Part shown: positions 1 through 13,289 of the stretch, piece after piece | How positions within the stretch are numbered: position 1 is the first letter of the stretch | Layout of the letters: each line of letters opens with the position of its first letter | DNA from: Octopus sinensis | Taxonomy: Eukaryota | Length of the DNA: 64,000 nt | Assembly (NCBI RefSeq): GCF_006345805.1 | Contig: NC_043017.1 | Span: 32,488,001 to 32,552,000 of the forward strand | Direction of reading: 5' to 3' | Notes under the pieces: model-generated | Database searches by the model: none | What the model was told of the DNA's origin: nothing | Seen by the model: the letters and a program-made list of their open reading frames with translations, nothing else | Program-made: the position numbers and the translations under genes

Positions 1-284
1 ACCTTTCGAGTGAGATGGGTTACTCATGGACCTTTCGAGTGGGAGGATTTACTCAGGGACCTTTCGAGTGGGATGGGTTACTCGACCTGAAGAAAATTCT
101 AACTGGGCCTCACCTGCAAGGTCATATGCTGTTTATTTTGATATGAGATCATCATGTTGAGCACATATGGTTGTGATGCATGTACCTAGTGTACCCTTAT
201 CAGATGGGTAGTCATGATGGGTATATTGGGCTTCGTATATTTTACCCCAGTGTCACTTTGATGGCATGTGCTGCTCTCTCACTC
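1..284 (+). mobile_element. SINE-like repeat ending in (AAT)n tail, 5' part outside window; internal triplication of GACCTTTCGAGTGGGATGGGTTACTC
   Basis: Diverged second copy at ~52850-53130 (GAAGAAAATTCTAACTGG..CACCTGCAAG..GGTTGTGATGCAT..CACTTTGAT), also followed by AAT repeats. Confidence 0.6.
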
Positions 285-424
<140 letters not shown>

Positions 425-425
<1 letters not shown>

Positions 426-1451
426 TGAACAACCCGAGGGAAGTACGGCAACTATTGTTGCAAAGAAGGTGAAAATAATGGCAACGAAAAAAGCGCACGA
501 GCAATTGGCTGATTGGTGGGAGGAGAAACCTCTGCACGGCAAATATGTGGCCCGTAGCAAACAAGCTGATGTTGACCAGAAGCAAACCCATCAGTGGCTG
601 CGGAGCTCAGGGCTAAAAGCAGAGAGCGAAGGTTTCATCCTGGCTGCTCAAGATCAAAGCCTATTAACCCGGAACTACCAGGCCAATCTGATGAAAAATG
701 GAGCAGACCCAAAATGCTGATTCTGCAATGATATGATTGAAACAGTGGACCACCTAATCTCTGGATGTAAAGTCTTAGCACCAGTGGAGTATAAATTAAG
801 ACATGACAGAGTTGGCCAATATCTACACAGGCTAATAAGTCGGAATTACAATATCAAAACTGCCGACAAGTGGTATAATCACCACCCTGAAGCTGTAACT
901 GAAGGAGAAAGTGTAACGATTCTGTGGGACTTTCCAGTACATACAGACCGAACCATCAAAGCCAATAAACCGGATATTGTTGTGAAAGACCAAAACAATA
1001 AAGTTTGCTTATTGATCGACATGAGCATCCCCTGTGATCATAATATCTCGGCGAAAGAGTTTGACAAGCTCAGAAAATATAAAGACCTGCTCATTGAAAT
1101 TGAGAAAATGTGGCATCTCAAGGCGGTTACAATACCAGTGATCGTAGGAGCACTAGGAATGATCAAGAAGGGAACCGAAAATTATATCAGAATGATCCCT
1201 GGCTTACCATCCCTGCATGAAGTGCAAAAGATTGTCTTAACTGGTATATCACACGTATTGAGAAGAGCATTGTCGATGTGAGAACTATTACTACCCATGT
1301 ATTCTAATTTAACTTAAAAAAAAAAATGAACGAACTTGTGAGTTTAGTTTAATGGCCTACCAATGTATACTATGAGCTTCTTTGCCCTAGGAGTCGGGAA
1401 GATACTCGGCAAGAAATGGAAGCAAATTTGAAAGAAGAAGACAAAAAAAAG
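425..1451 (+). mobile_element. 5'-truncated non-LTR retrotransposon with restriction-like endonuclease (R4/Dong-type), ORF C-terminus plus 3' UTR; one in-frame stop at 718-720
   Basis: Translation ...LKAESEGFILAAQDQSLLTRNY...DPKC*FC..IETVDHLISGC (CCHC knuckle) ...RHD...ILWDFPVHTDRTIKANKPDIVV...LIDMSIP...K..KY..L...PVIVGALG...LRRALSM is the canonical RLE-LINE C-terminus; flanked by (AAT)n. Confidence 0.9.
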
Positions 1452-1484
<33 letters not shown>

Positions 1485-1520
1485 GTAGTAGTAGTAATAA
1501 TAATATTAATAATAATAATA

Positions 1521-1577
<57 letters not shown>

Positions 1578-1614
1578 TTAACAATAATAATAGTAATAAT
1601 AATAATAATAATAA

Positions 1615-1870
1615 CCTGTTGTCATAGGTGCCCTGGGAATGATAGCGAAAGGGACTGATTGCTACCTAACTCAGATACCAGGAAACCCCAAAATGGCAAA
1701 AATTCAAAAGATAGTGCTCATGGGAACTGCTCATATCCTACGCAAAATACTCTCTATGTAATCCCAAGGTTTAAAACAAAGTTTTTTTTATTATTTTTTT
1801 TATTCTTATTTATTTTTTTTGTTTATTTTTTATTTTTATGCATTAGACATTCACTGGTACAACACCAAAA
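1615..1870 (+). mobile_element. Short 3' fragment of a second RLE (R4/Dong-type) LINE subfamily
   Basis: 1615-1761 reads PVVIGALGMIAKGTDCYLTQIPGNPKMAKIQKIVLMGTAHILRKILSM*; starts directly in (AAT)n. Confidence 0.8.
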
Positions 1871-1889
1871 AAAAAAAAAAACCAAATAT

Positions 1890-1985
1890 ATGTGAGGCCC
1901 AACATTCAAAGATCATGCTCCAACACCTCGTCCCATGTCTTCCTGGGTCTACCTCTTCCACCTGTTGTCTCTTGAGGTTTCTGGG
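1890..1985 (-). mobile_element. RTE LINE RT C-terminal fragment
   Basis: Reverse strand encodes GRGRPRKTWDEVLEHDL; homologous to 4655-4740 and 37910-37970. Confidence 0.7.
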
Positions 1986-2055
1986 TGAGACTTGGAGCTA
2001 ACTTGTACAGACATAAAGCAAAAGTCAAACATAGAATAATAATAATAATAATATT

Positions 2056-2347
2056 ATGGAAATAGAGGTAACTAGAATGTGGAATCTGAAAACAGAAACA
2101 ATTCCTATCAGAGTAGGTGCATTAGGCATGAGAAAAAAATATTCAGACAAATACATAACAAAAACACCAGGACTTACAAACACCTATAACATACAGAAAA
2201 TTGCACTACTAGGCACTGCACACATCCTACGCAGAACACTTTCCATACAATAACCATCAGAGCATCACGACAAATCACAGCACATACCCAAGGCGCACAG
2301 AGCTGCGCTCGGTAGTGAAGTGAAAGCACGCTATAAAAATAAAACTA

Positions 2348-2351
<4 letters not shown>
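2056..2351 (+). mobile_element. 3' fragment of a third RLE (R4/Dong-type) LINE subfamily
   Basis: EVTRMWNLKTETIPIRVGALG...IQKIALLGTAHILRRTLSIQ*; (AAT)n on both sides. Confidence 0.8.
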
Positions 2352-2378
<27 letters not shown>

Positions 2379-2404
2379 TAATAATAGTAGTAGTAATAAT
2401 AATA

Positions 2405-2435
<31 letters not shown>

Positions 2436-2436
2436 T

Positions 2437-2471
<35 letters not shown>

Positions 2472-3103
2472 TAATAATAATAATGATAGTAACCACAATA
2501 ACAACAGAAGTAGTAATAATTATAATGTGAAGGATTAAATTATGTCAGATATAAATTGCTGAACAAATATACATACACCATTTATTCATAAGTCATTCAT
2601 GCATGTGTGTATGCATACACATGCACACGCACACACGCACACGCACACACATACACACACACACACACACAGAGGCATGCAAACGAAACAGACATACTTA
2701 CACTCTCTCACATTCACTTCCTAACTACATGCACACATCCACACACAAGAGTACACATACACATATAATTAATTAATTAATTAATTAATTAATTAAATCC
2801 CACAGCACAAATATTTTTATATGTCCAAGGCAAGGTATTAAACAGCATCCACTAGTGGGCCCTGGCTCTGGAGATAAGTCTAGGAAGTTGAACATGATCA
2901 AATTGCTAGTGACTGTCACGGATAGGCCAAATTCTTCTGGAACTTCCCCATGGTGTAACCATTTATATGGTCTGAGATTGCCACCCTGTTGTCCCAATAC
3001 AAGGCCAAGCTCTGGGGCTGTGTATAGTTCCTTAGGGTATCCAGGATAAATAACCTTATGGAGTCAGTGATCTCAGCTCCATCCTAGTTCCCCATTGCTA
3101 CTC

Positions 3104-3510
3104 TACTTTTTACTCTTTTACTTGTTTCAGTCACTTGACTGTGGCCATGCTGGAGCACCACCTTCAAGTCGAGTAAATCGACCCCAGGACTTATTCTTTG
3201 TAAGCCTAGTACTTATTCTATCAGTCGCTTTTGCTGAACCGCTAAGTTACGGGACGTAAACACACCAGCATCGGTTGTCAAGCAATGGTGGGCGGACAAA
3301 CACAGACAGACAAACATACACATACATATATATACATACATATATACGATGGGCTTCTTCCAGTTTCCATCTACCAAATCCACTCACAAGGCTTTGGTCA
3401 GCCCGAGGCTATAGCAGAAGACAGTTGCCCAAGGTGCCACGCAGTGAGGACTGAACCCGGAACCATGTGGTTGGTAAGCATGCTACTTACCACACAGCCA
3501 CTCCTGCGCT
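3104..3510 (-). mobile_element. SINE family A (tRNA-like head, CORE-like CCTTGGGCAAGTG domain, internal TA/TG microsatellite, (AAAGAGT)n tail)
   Basis: More than 20 full or partial copies in the window; resembles octopus OR-type CORE-SINEs (name from memory, unverified). Confidence 0.85.
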
Positions 3511-3530
3511 ACGTTTGACTGTGGCTCATA

Positions 3531-3862
3531 TTCCTTTTTCACTCTGTAGAAATCATATTGAACCAAGATCGATATTCTAGCAGTCCTGATGATTCTACTC
3601 TTAAGATTGCTGACATTAGGGAATTGCCAAACGAAATCTAAAGTTCTCAGGAAGAGGGGCTTTGATATAGAAAGGTAGAAATCTGTGATATTGAACTGGG
3701 TGAACCTGCAGCAGCTGTATTCTTGATGCTGCAGAACCAGTTGATTACTGTGATGCTGCAATCTCATCAGATCAACTGCATCTAATGTTAGAGTTGATGA
3801 TACTGAGAATATGCTTACTTTCTGTGCCTATTTCACTATTAGAGAGGTTATTTATGTCTATA
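3531..3862 (-). mobile_element. Penelope-like element reverse transcriptase remnant (frameshifted)
   Basis: Minus strand: NNLSNSEIGTESKHILSIINSNIR ... CRFTQFNITDFYLSISKPLFLRTLDFV...IIRTARISIL...VKK, matching the PLE RT pattern LINPAKSEIG.SK.IL..IN..IR / F.QFDI.DFYPSI...ALDFA...II..ARKSLL...WxKK. Confidence 0.7.
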
Positions 3863-3904
3863 TATTTATGTATCTCTCTCTCTCTCTCATCATCATCATC
3901 AACA

Positions 3905-5420
3905 TCACCACCACCACCATTATTTAATGTCCACTTTCCGTTCTGGCATGAGTTGGACGGCTTGACTAATAATTGGTAAGCCAGGGAGCTGCACCAGATT
4001 CCAGTCTGATTTTGCAAGAGTACACATACACATATAAATAATTAATTAATGAATTAAATAATTAAATCCCAGAGCACAAATATTTTTATATGTCCAAGGC
4101 AAGGTATTAAACAGCATCCACTAATGAGGCCCCAGCTCTGGAGATAAGTCTAGGAAGTTGAACATGATCAAATTGCCAGTGACTGTCACAGATAGGCCAA
4201 AATCTTTGAAGATCATCGTCAGATCCTTCTGGAACTTCCCAATGGCTGGATGTCCTTCCTAATGCCAAACACTCAAAGAGTTTAGTGGATGCTTTTTTTT
4301 ACATGCCATCAGCATGGATGCCATTGATGTGAGACTGTCATTAGCCACAACTATGATATCACTTGGTTTGACAGGTGTACACAAGCACAGTATAATGCCA
4401 AAGGTTTTGGTCACCTGTCACTGCCTCGAATGGTGCTTTTTACATGCCAGTCAAATGGAACTGGCATCAGCCATAACTACAATTTCACTTGGCTGGACAG
4501 GTACTTCTCAAGCACATGTTACCCAATGTTTGAAAGGTGCTTTTCATGTACCAGTTGCATGACCCTGGCATCGGCCACAACTATGATCTCACTTGGCTTG
4601 TCGGGTCTTCTCAAGCATGGCATATTGCCAAAGGTCTTGGTCATTTGTCATTGCCTCTGTGAGGCCCAACATTCAAAGGTCATGCTTCAACACCTCGTCC
4701 CATGTTTTCCTGGGTCTACCTCTTCCACAGGTTCCCTCCAACATTAGAATGCAGCACTTTTCCACACAGCATGGTCCATATGCAACACATGACCATACCA
4801 GCGAAGTTGTCTCTCTTGCAGGCCACATCTGATGCCTCTTAAACCCAGCTTTTCTCTCAGGATGTTTACACTCAGTTGTCTATGCACACTGACATTACAC
4901 ATCCAGCGATGCATACAAGCTTCATTTCTTACAAGCCTGCACATGTCCTCAATAGTCACAGCCCATGTTTCACTACCGTGTAACATGGCTGTTTGCACAC
5001 AGACATCATACAGTCTGCCTTCCTCTCTGAGAGAAAGTCACTTTTTTTGCCAGCAAAGGTAGGAGCTCTCTGAACTTTTCCCAGCCTATTCTTATTCTAG
5101 AAGTATTATTCAGAGTATACACCCCTGCTACTGACTTGGTCACCTAGATATCAGAAGCTATCAACTACTTCTAGTTTTCTCCCCTGGCATTTGATGGAAT
5201 CTATTTCCTGTACATTTTCGGTGTTTATTCTACCCGTGCATCTTCCACACACAAAACCTAATTTCCCAGTTAACCTTCCTCTGATATTGCTGCACCTCTT
5301 ATATGTCCATAGCTTACACCAGGGACATCTTATGGAATTTATACTTACACCTTTTCTACAGATAGAGCAAGGCCGTCTGCTTGAAGCGATTTGTGATTTG
5401 TCTGCCTTCTTACTTGCCAA
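3905..5420 (-). mobile_element. RTE-clade LINE remnant: Cys-rich segment, RT C-terminus and 3' UTR ending in (GAT)n; UTR interrupted at 4015-4245
   Basis: LEVVDSF.YLGD, MLHGSETWAVT...LRWYGHV, GRGRPRKTWDEV; UTR motifs AGGAAGGACATCCAGCC and GGACATTAAA followed by (GAT)n-like repeats. Confidence 0.88.
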
Positions 5421-5427
5421 GATTTTG

Positions 5428-5509
<82 letters not shown>

Positions 5510-6134
5510 TTATATAAATAAGGATAAGATTGTTATTTAAATATTGATCTCATCAAGTGGCCAGAATGGGAATAAAAACCTTCAAAAGCAATAATTATTC
5601 AGTAATGATAAGTGTTCGTATGTTATATATATATATATATATATACACATATGTGTGTGTGTATGTATTTATGTTACTATCTGTGTATATTCCACTGATG
5701 CAAAGCCAGAAATCCGGGATCTGGAATTATCCAGTAATTTTTTGCTAGTTTATGTTGCCCTTTTGTCTTCTCTCCTGGAGCCGTATCAACATTTAACGTG
5801 GTTTTAGAGTCAAGTTTTGGCTGCTATTTCCAGCGTGGTGGTATCTCTTAGATACCCTAAATTATAATATATATATATTTATGTGTGTGTGTATGCATTT
5901 ATCTTTGTGTGTGAGTCTCTTTGTGTCTATATCTGTCCCCCTATTCCTACTTGACAACTGGTGTTGGTTTGTTTACATCACTGTAACATAGCTGTTAGGC
6001 AAAAGAGAATGATATAACAACTACTAGCCTTAAGAAAATAAGTCGTGGGGTCTATTTGTTTGAATAAAACCCTTCAAGGCAGTGCCCCAGCATAGCCGCA
6101 GTCTAATGACTGAAACAAGTAAAGGAACAAAATA

Positions 6135-6178
6135 TATACATACACACTCATATATATATATACAATCATATTACACAC

Positions 6179-6219
<41 letters not shown>

Positions 6220-6403
6220 AGTGTATATGTATGTATATGTGTATATATGTGTGAATGTATATACATGTGTGTATATATACATATATGGGTATATGTATGT
6301 GTATATGTATGTATATGTGTGTCCATGCATATGTGTATATGTATATACATATGTGTGTATATATGTGTGTGTATATGTATGTATATATATGTGTGTGTAT
6401 ATG

Positions 6404-6437
<34 letters not shown>

Positions 6438-6648
6438 CATGTGCATGTGTGTGCATGTGCACGTGTGTGAATATACATGTGTGTGTATGCGTGTATGTGT
6501 GTATTTATGTATGTCTGTATGTCTGTATGCATATATACATATATGTACACATACACACACATACACAGACACACAGACACACAGACACTCACTGAAAAAT
6601 AATAGATATATGCATACATAGACCAGTGTGTATATATAAATATGTGTG

Positions 6649-6685
<37 letters not shown>

Positions 6686-7135
6686 ATATATATATGTGTG
6701 CGTTGTATGTATGCATATATATGTATGTATGTATATACATATATATACATACATATATAAATATATATAAATACACACACATTCACACATACACATGTAT
6801 ATTCATATACATGTGTGTGTGTGTGTATGTTTTCATTCACATTTAATATTATTGTTTAGAAATTTATGATTGAATAATTCGACATTTTTGTCAATTAGTA
6901 CATTGAAATTGGCAGCCTTCGATAAAAACTTCTCTTATTCCCATTGATAAGTTTAGGATGGGTTATTGTTTGTTGGATGTTATCAACCAGTTATGCTTCA
7001 ACACACAACAAATTCCGCTAACTTGTTTGTTTATACTTTATTTACATATTATGTATGTTTGTGCGCCTGTCCGTTTGTGTGTATGTATTTATATATGTAT
7101 GCTTCGATGTACATATATATGTATGTGCGTATGCA

Positions 7136-7187
<52 letters not shown>

Positions 7188-7487
7188 CATGTATATATAT
7201 ATATATATACATGTATGTATTTATGTATGTGTATGTATTTATATGTGTGTGTGTGTATATGTATGTATGTATGTATATATATATGTGTGTGTGTGTGTAT
7301 GTATGTATATATATATATGTATATATATTTGTGTGTGTGTATGTATGTATTTGTATGTATGTATGTATGTATGTATACATATATACATATATGAATATAT
7401 ATATATATATAAACATATGTATATATATATATATATATATGTGTGTATATATGTATATGTGTATATATTATATATACATATATGTAT

Positions 7488-7530
<43 letters not shown>

Positions 7531-7625
7531 CATATACACACATACACAAGCATATATGCATATATGTATATATATATGGGTTTGTGTGTGTGTAAGGATG
7601 TACTTACATATGTGTGTATAATCTA
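6135..7625. repeat. Compound TA/TG/CA microsatellite fields (6135-6840, 7070-7625)
   Basis: Direct reading; explains the Y/I/V/C/H-rich ORFs. Confidence 0.95.
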
Positions 7626-8199
7626 TTTGTGAATGTATTCATACAACATCATCATCAATACCATTTTTGCCAGGCTTTCTACCATGCTGACATAGGTCAG
7701 CAAAGACTTCTACAAGCAGTATTCTACAGCCTCTCTGATACCAGCATCTACTTGTTGTAATGTAGGGTAATTTATCCTACTTGTTGATAGGAGACACAAA
7801 CTACGTCACAGCCACTGAAAAGGAATATATGCAAATATATGCAGTGAAATGTATATATACAGATACACACATGGACACACACTATCCGTTTTCTTCTCAT
7901 GCACACATGCACACAAACATATCCACACACATACACATACAAACACACATGTTCATTCACGTACATGCTGGTATACACACCAACACCTCCACACATAAAT
8001 GTATGCATGCATACATATAAATATGGTTTGACTGGCCGGGTGGGATTTAATGTAATTTCCAACAACTAAATTTAACTCACTATGCTTTTAAAAGTCCAGG
8101 GCTAAAGTGGAAAAGACTTAGCCGGTGGCAAAGCATATATAAACATATTTTGCTAAAATTCAATAGCATTCATGTTTTACAGTTTTCTAGTAATGCAAA

Positions 8200-8566
8200 A
8201 CAAGTCTTAGATTTGATTGAGTCGTTCCCGTTTTCTACAAGGCAGATAACTTTTTGAGGTGGTGCTTATTGATAATTAATTCTAGTCTCTCTTGACCAGA
8301 AATGGCCTGAACTCTTTGCATGAACACCACCCTGTACATAACTCCATGTCCCCCTACATGGCCTTGCCTTTTGCTTTTTGAGCCAAAAAATTAACTTAAC
8401 TTAGCTTAACTTAACTTATAATTTCGTGATTTAAATATATATTTTCCTAATTTACTTTATGTATTTTCTAGTAATTCTAATTTGACTTAAAACACAATAA
8501 ACAGAAGCACTTGTATGATTTACTGCTCTGATGAAAAGTGTTTGCAAAACGTGAAGACGTGACATA
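8200..8566 (+). mobile_element. Degenerate Penelope-like 3' end: GIY-YIG endonuclease C-terminus followed by a decayed hammerhead motif
   Basis: 8253-8312 reads FEVVLIDN*F*SLLTRNGLN (PLE E..LI..F.SL.PNGLN motif); CTGATGA...AAAACGTG at 8528-8553. Confidence 0.5.
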
Positions 8567-9967
8567 GGTTTTACCATATGAAAAGCATAGACTTGTCAGT
8601 TCAACTCCATCCCTACTAGAGTCCTGTCTCTGAGCCATACTGATGCTCTAAATGATGAAGAACATTGGTATCTGTTGCAACTTTTGATAAACAGAATTTT
8701 TATTCTTTCTGTACACAAAAACGAAAAACCCAACAAAAATCCGTCATTATTAAGAATTACAAAATGTTGGGAGAGTTCGGGTGTTATTGTTCTTGGTAGG
8801 AATGTAAAAGCAGTCAAAAATTTAGCTGCTGGTCATTGTGTTGCTGTTGCTGGTCATTCATTGTGGTTGTTGCCAACAGCTGTCACCATCTGGTCATTAT
8901 CCACCTGCCATCTCATCCCTGCTGTATCCCAAAGCCCTTTGTCATGTAGTCGAGGTGTGCTGAATTTATACCGATGGGTAGGCTCAGAAGAAAACACTCC
9001 AAATGATGAAATCATCACTGGAATTTATTCCACTTGAAGTAGTGACTGGTCAGATTTTCTTGATTGTGTGGATAATATTCTAGCAAATTGTGATACCAGA
9101 TGTATTGATGTGACTTCTGAACATTCCCATTGCAGGTCATGGAAAACATTGTCACTTATAGGGCTTCGACTGAACCAGCATCTCTGTTGTATAGAATGAC
9201 AGGCAATCTCTGTAAGCACATTTATAATGATGGCTTTATTTACTTGAGGCAGAAGACTTAAACAGCAAGTCATGTGTAGTCACAGTTTTATTGAATATAT
9301 ATTTCATAGCAATATGATAAGTGTTCTCCATTACAGCTGCAATTTGTAACAGAGGGATGAAAAAGAATAAAACAATCTAATTGTGTTATTGAGGGCTACA
9401 CACATAGAGTGGTTGGCGTTAGGAAGGGCATCCAGCCGTAGAAACATTGCTAGATCAAACTGGAGCCTGGTGCAGCCTTCTGGCTTCCCAGACCCCAGTT
9501 GCACCATCCAACCCATGCCAGCATGGAAAGCGGACACTAAACGATGATGATGATGATGATGAAGATGATGTAGTATCATTAATATCAGCCAGTGTGAACA
9601 TTTCATACCGTCTGGGTTGGGCTGATACTTGTCCAATGATAGTGGCAATAATATCCCCCACAATGTCATTTATATAAGCTCGCATTACATGTTCAGGAAA
9701 CCAAATTTTTTTTCTAAATCTGTGAGACGCTACTTTGAACCTTCATTTGTATCTCTTGATAATTGTTGATGTCTGTTCCATGAACCTTTGACATCTTCAC
9801 TTACAACATCCACTGGAAGGTGACTTTTGCTCCCCAACTGATGTAAGATTTTGCAAACTGGGTTTCCAAGACATTTCCGTTTAGTAGTTCTCCTGTTGGT
9901 ACAAAGGTGAAGTTTTACCAATTGTTTCCAAATGTAAATATCTTATTTTTTTAAAGAATGCACTCAC

Positions 9968-9996
9968 CTCATTAGAATATGAACCCATTGATATGA
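9968..9996 (-). CDS. Candidate 29-nt micro-exon of an unidentified gene
   Basis: Acceptor TTTCTGACTCTCTCTACCAG and donor GAG|GTGAGT; two open frames; no homology recognised. Confidence 0.25.
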
Positions 9997-10065
9997 CTGG
10001 TAGAGAGAGTCAGAAATGACCAGAGATGAAAACGGTTTCCCTTCCATGATGTTAGTGTTACTTCT

Positions 10066-10298
10066 TATTTCTTTATTGCCCACAAGGGGCTAAACATAGA
10101 GGGGACAAGCAAGGACAGAGAAACAGATTAAGTCGATTGCATCGACCCCATTGCGTAACTGGTACTTAATTTATCGACCCCGAAAGGATGAAAAGCAAAG
10201 TGGACCTCGGCGGAATTTGAACTCAGAACGTAACGGCAGACGAAATATGGCTACGCATTTCGTCCAGTGTGCTAACGTTTCTGCCAGCTCGCAGCCTT
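10066..10298 (-). mobile_element. SINE family B monomer (tRNA-like head; central GCCTTTCATCCTTTCGGGGTCGATAAATTAAGTACCAG domain)
   Basis: Flanking TSD ATGTTAG(T/A)GTTACTTCT; further copies listed below. Central domain resembles one conserved among metazoan SINEs (superfamily not verified). Confidence 0.85.
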
Positions 10299-10420
10299 AA
10301 CATGTTAGAGTTACTTCTGAACTCTCATCATGTGTGGCTGAGTGCACCAAATACATATCTGTGAGATATTGAGTGTTCATGTCAAACTTTTTGTTTTTAC
10401 CTTCTGCAAAAATCTCTCCC

Positions 10421-11093
10421 ACTCTCTTTTACTCTCTTTTACTTGTTTCAGTCATTTGACAGTGACCATGCTGGAGCACCACCTTTAGTCAAACAAATCA
10501 ACCCCAGGGCTTATTCTTTGTAAGCCTAGTACTTATTCTATTGGTCTCCTTTGCTGAATCGCTAAGTTACTGGGGACATAAGCACACCACCATCGGTTGT
10601 CAAGCGATGTTGGTGGTGACAAACACAGACACACAAACATATACACACACGTACATATATATACATACATATATACAATGGGCTTCTTTCAGTTTCCATC
10701 TACCAAATCCACTCACAAGGCTTTGGTCGGCCCAAGGCTATAGTAGAAGACACTTGCCCAAGGTGTCCCGTAGTGGGACTGAGCCCTGAACCATGTGGTC
10801 GGTAGATGGGCTTCTTTCAGTTTCTGTCTGCCAAATCCACTCACAAGGCTTTGGCCGGCCCGAGGCTATAGTAGAAGACACTTGCCCAAGGTGTCCCGTA
10901 GTGGGACTGAGCCCTGAACCATGTGGTCAGTAGATGGGCTTCTTTCAGTTTCTGTCTACCAAATCCACTCACAAGGCTTTGGTCGGCCCGAGGCTATAGT
11001 AGAAGAGACTTGCCCAAGGTGCTATGCAGTGGGACTGAACCTGGCACCATGCGGTTGGTAAGCAATCTACTTACCATACAGCCACTCCTGCGC
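10421..11093 (-). mobile_element. SINE family A copy with internal 3 x 128-bp tandem triplication
   Basis: Segment ATGGGCTTCTTTCAG...CCATGTGGTC starts at 10678, 10806 and 10934. Confidence 0.85.
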
Positions 11094-11510
11094 TTGTGTA
11101 TGTCAGTCTATAAATTTTTTTTTTTTGCCAATATTATACAAAGTACTAAAGGGGTGAGCTGGCAAACCAGCTGCATGCTTAGTACCATTTTGTCCCTCTT
11201 GGAACAAATTCGAAGAACACATTGCTCATTCTTGGATTTATGTTTCTGATGTGTTTTTTTTTTATGGAAGTTTTGATTTTAACTTTTATCTTTTACTAGT
11301 TTCAGGCAGCACCCATGTTGGGGCATTGCCTTGAAGAATTTTTAGTCGAATGAATTAACCCCAGTACTTGTTTTTGAGCCTAGTGCTTATTCTCTTGCTC
11401 TCTTTAGTCAAACCCCTTTGTTATGGGGACGTAAACAAACCAGCACCGGTTGTCAAGCAGTGATGGGGTACAAACACAGACACACACACGTGTATATGTT
11501 TATACATATA

Positions 11511-11908
11511 CTAGCAGTATCGCCCGGCGTTGCTCGGGTTTCTAAGGGAAATAACTATAAAGCATTTTTAGAGAGTTATAGCCAAAAAATAGCAAAAAAT
11601 GCATTAAAAATGGAAAAAAATTATGGTAAATTTTTTTTTAAATCGTTGACTCATCATAGACATTTTTAGAGAGTTACTTCTCTTATATTTAAAAAAAATA
11701 TGCATTAAAATGGAAAAAAATAATGGTAAATTATTTTTTAAATCGTAGACTCATCGTAGATGCGTGCTAATACCCAGAAGGGCTCGATATGAATCACAAC
11801 TATAAGATACCCGGTTTTGGTTAAACTGCACCGCAAAATGTGGGAGTAGTTAGGAATCTAAATCGAAGGGGACAGACACTCACACAACTTCACTTTTATA
11901 TATAAAGA
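11511..11908 (-). mobile_element. Non-autonomous Helitron inserted in a SINE A copy
   Basis: On the minus strand: host A|TC 5' end, CTAG|T 3' end, GC-rich hairpin (CCCG-N8-CGGG) about 8 nt from the CTAG, no TSD; related copy at 34790. Confidence 0.75.
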
Positions 11909-12404
11909 TATGATGGTCTTTTTCCAGTTTCCATCTCAGTTTATAATGAGATGTGAAGCATCTTGTTTTACGAAAGGCTTCATTCTGGATTCATCTCTTT
12001 GATATTAGTTATGCTTTTAATTCTTATAATTTTTAAGTGTGATTTGCATTTTGGTAACGTAGTCTTTGAGGCAATTGTTATATCATATTTGTCTTTGTAT
12101 TCTTCGATAGCTCTTCTGTCTTTGGTGCCTGGCTTGCAAAGAAGAATCTAAATGTTCTTCGAAGTAGTGATTTTGCCATACCTAAGAAGCTATGCCAATG
12201 CCAAATCTATTTCATTTCTTTGAAATGAAGCAGTAAATGTCTGGAAACATAGAATATGGATTTAGGAAATTTATTGTTCCAAACAAATTGCAAGAAACTG
12301 ATATGAAATCATCAAAAATTTGTAACAAAAGACATAAAAGTAGAACATAGTTGTGTCATTATTGAAACGCATAAACAAACAAACATACATACGTACATAA
12401 ATAC

Positions 12405-12446
12405 ACACACACACACATATATATATACATATATATATATGTACAT

Positions 12447-12477
<31 letters not shown>

Positions 12478-12493
12478 GTACACACATATTAAT

Positions 12494-12527
<34 letters not shown>

Positions 12528-12625
12528 CATATATTATATATATATATAATATATATATATATGTATATACATATATTATACATATATATATACATGTATA
12601 TACATATATATATACATATATATAC

Positions 12626-12656
<31 letters not shown>

Positions 12657-12920
12657 CACATAATATATACATATATACACATATATATATACATATATAA
12701 CATATATATATATATACATATATATAATATATATTACATATATATATATATATATATATACATATAATATACATATATATATACATATAATATATATATA
12801 TATTATATATATATATATATATATACATAAATACAAAACACATGTGCACACAGACACACAGACACACATGCACGTATTTAAACACCCACACACTTATGTA
12901 TATATATATGTGTGTGTGTT
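12405..12920. repeat. (TA)n/(CA)n microsatellite field
   Basis: Direct reading. Confidence 0.95.
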
Positions 12921-13289
12921 GGTGAAATTTTATCATAACAAAATTCATGGGGCATAAAAAGATTCATCTAATGAAAAATTTGTTAAAATGAGATTACCAG
13001 AAACAAATTGAGCGTTTCGTTGTTATTACCCCCACATTTTAAAATGAAACAGATGAGAAAAAACTTTATATCTCTGAACACATATGAAAGTTGTATCAAA
13101 AGAAAGAAAATATAAAATATATGTTTATTTATTTAATATGGTCAAATATGTTTTGGTATTCATTTTGTTTCATATTATAACCTTGCCAATAAAAAAAAAA
13201 ATCTTTAAAACATTTAACTTGGTGATATTTTTCTTATGTATTTTATGATATCTTTATTTTTGATCATTCCCTTGCTTCATTCGTTGATC

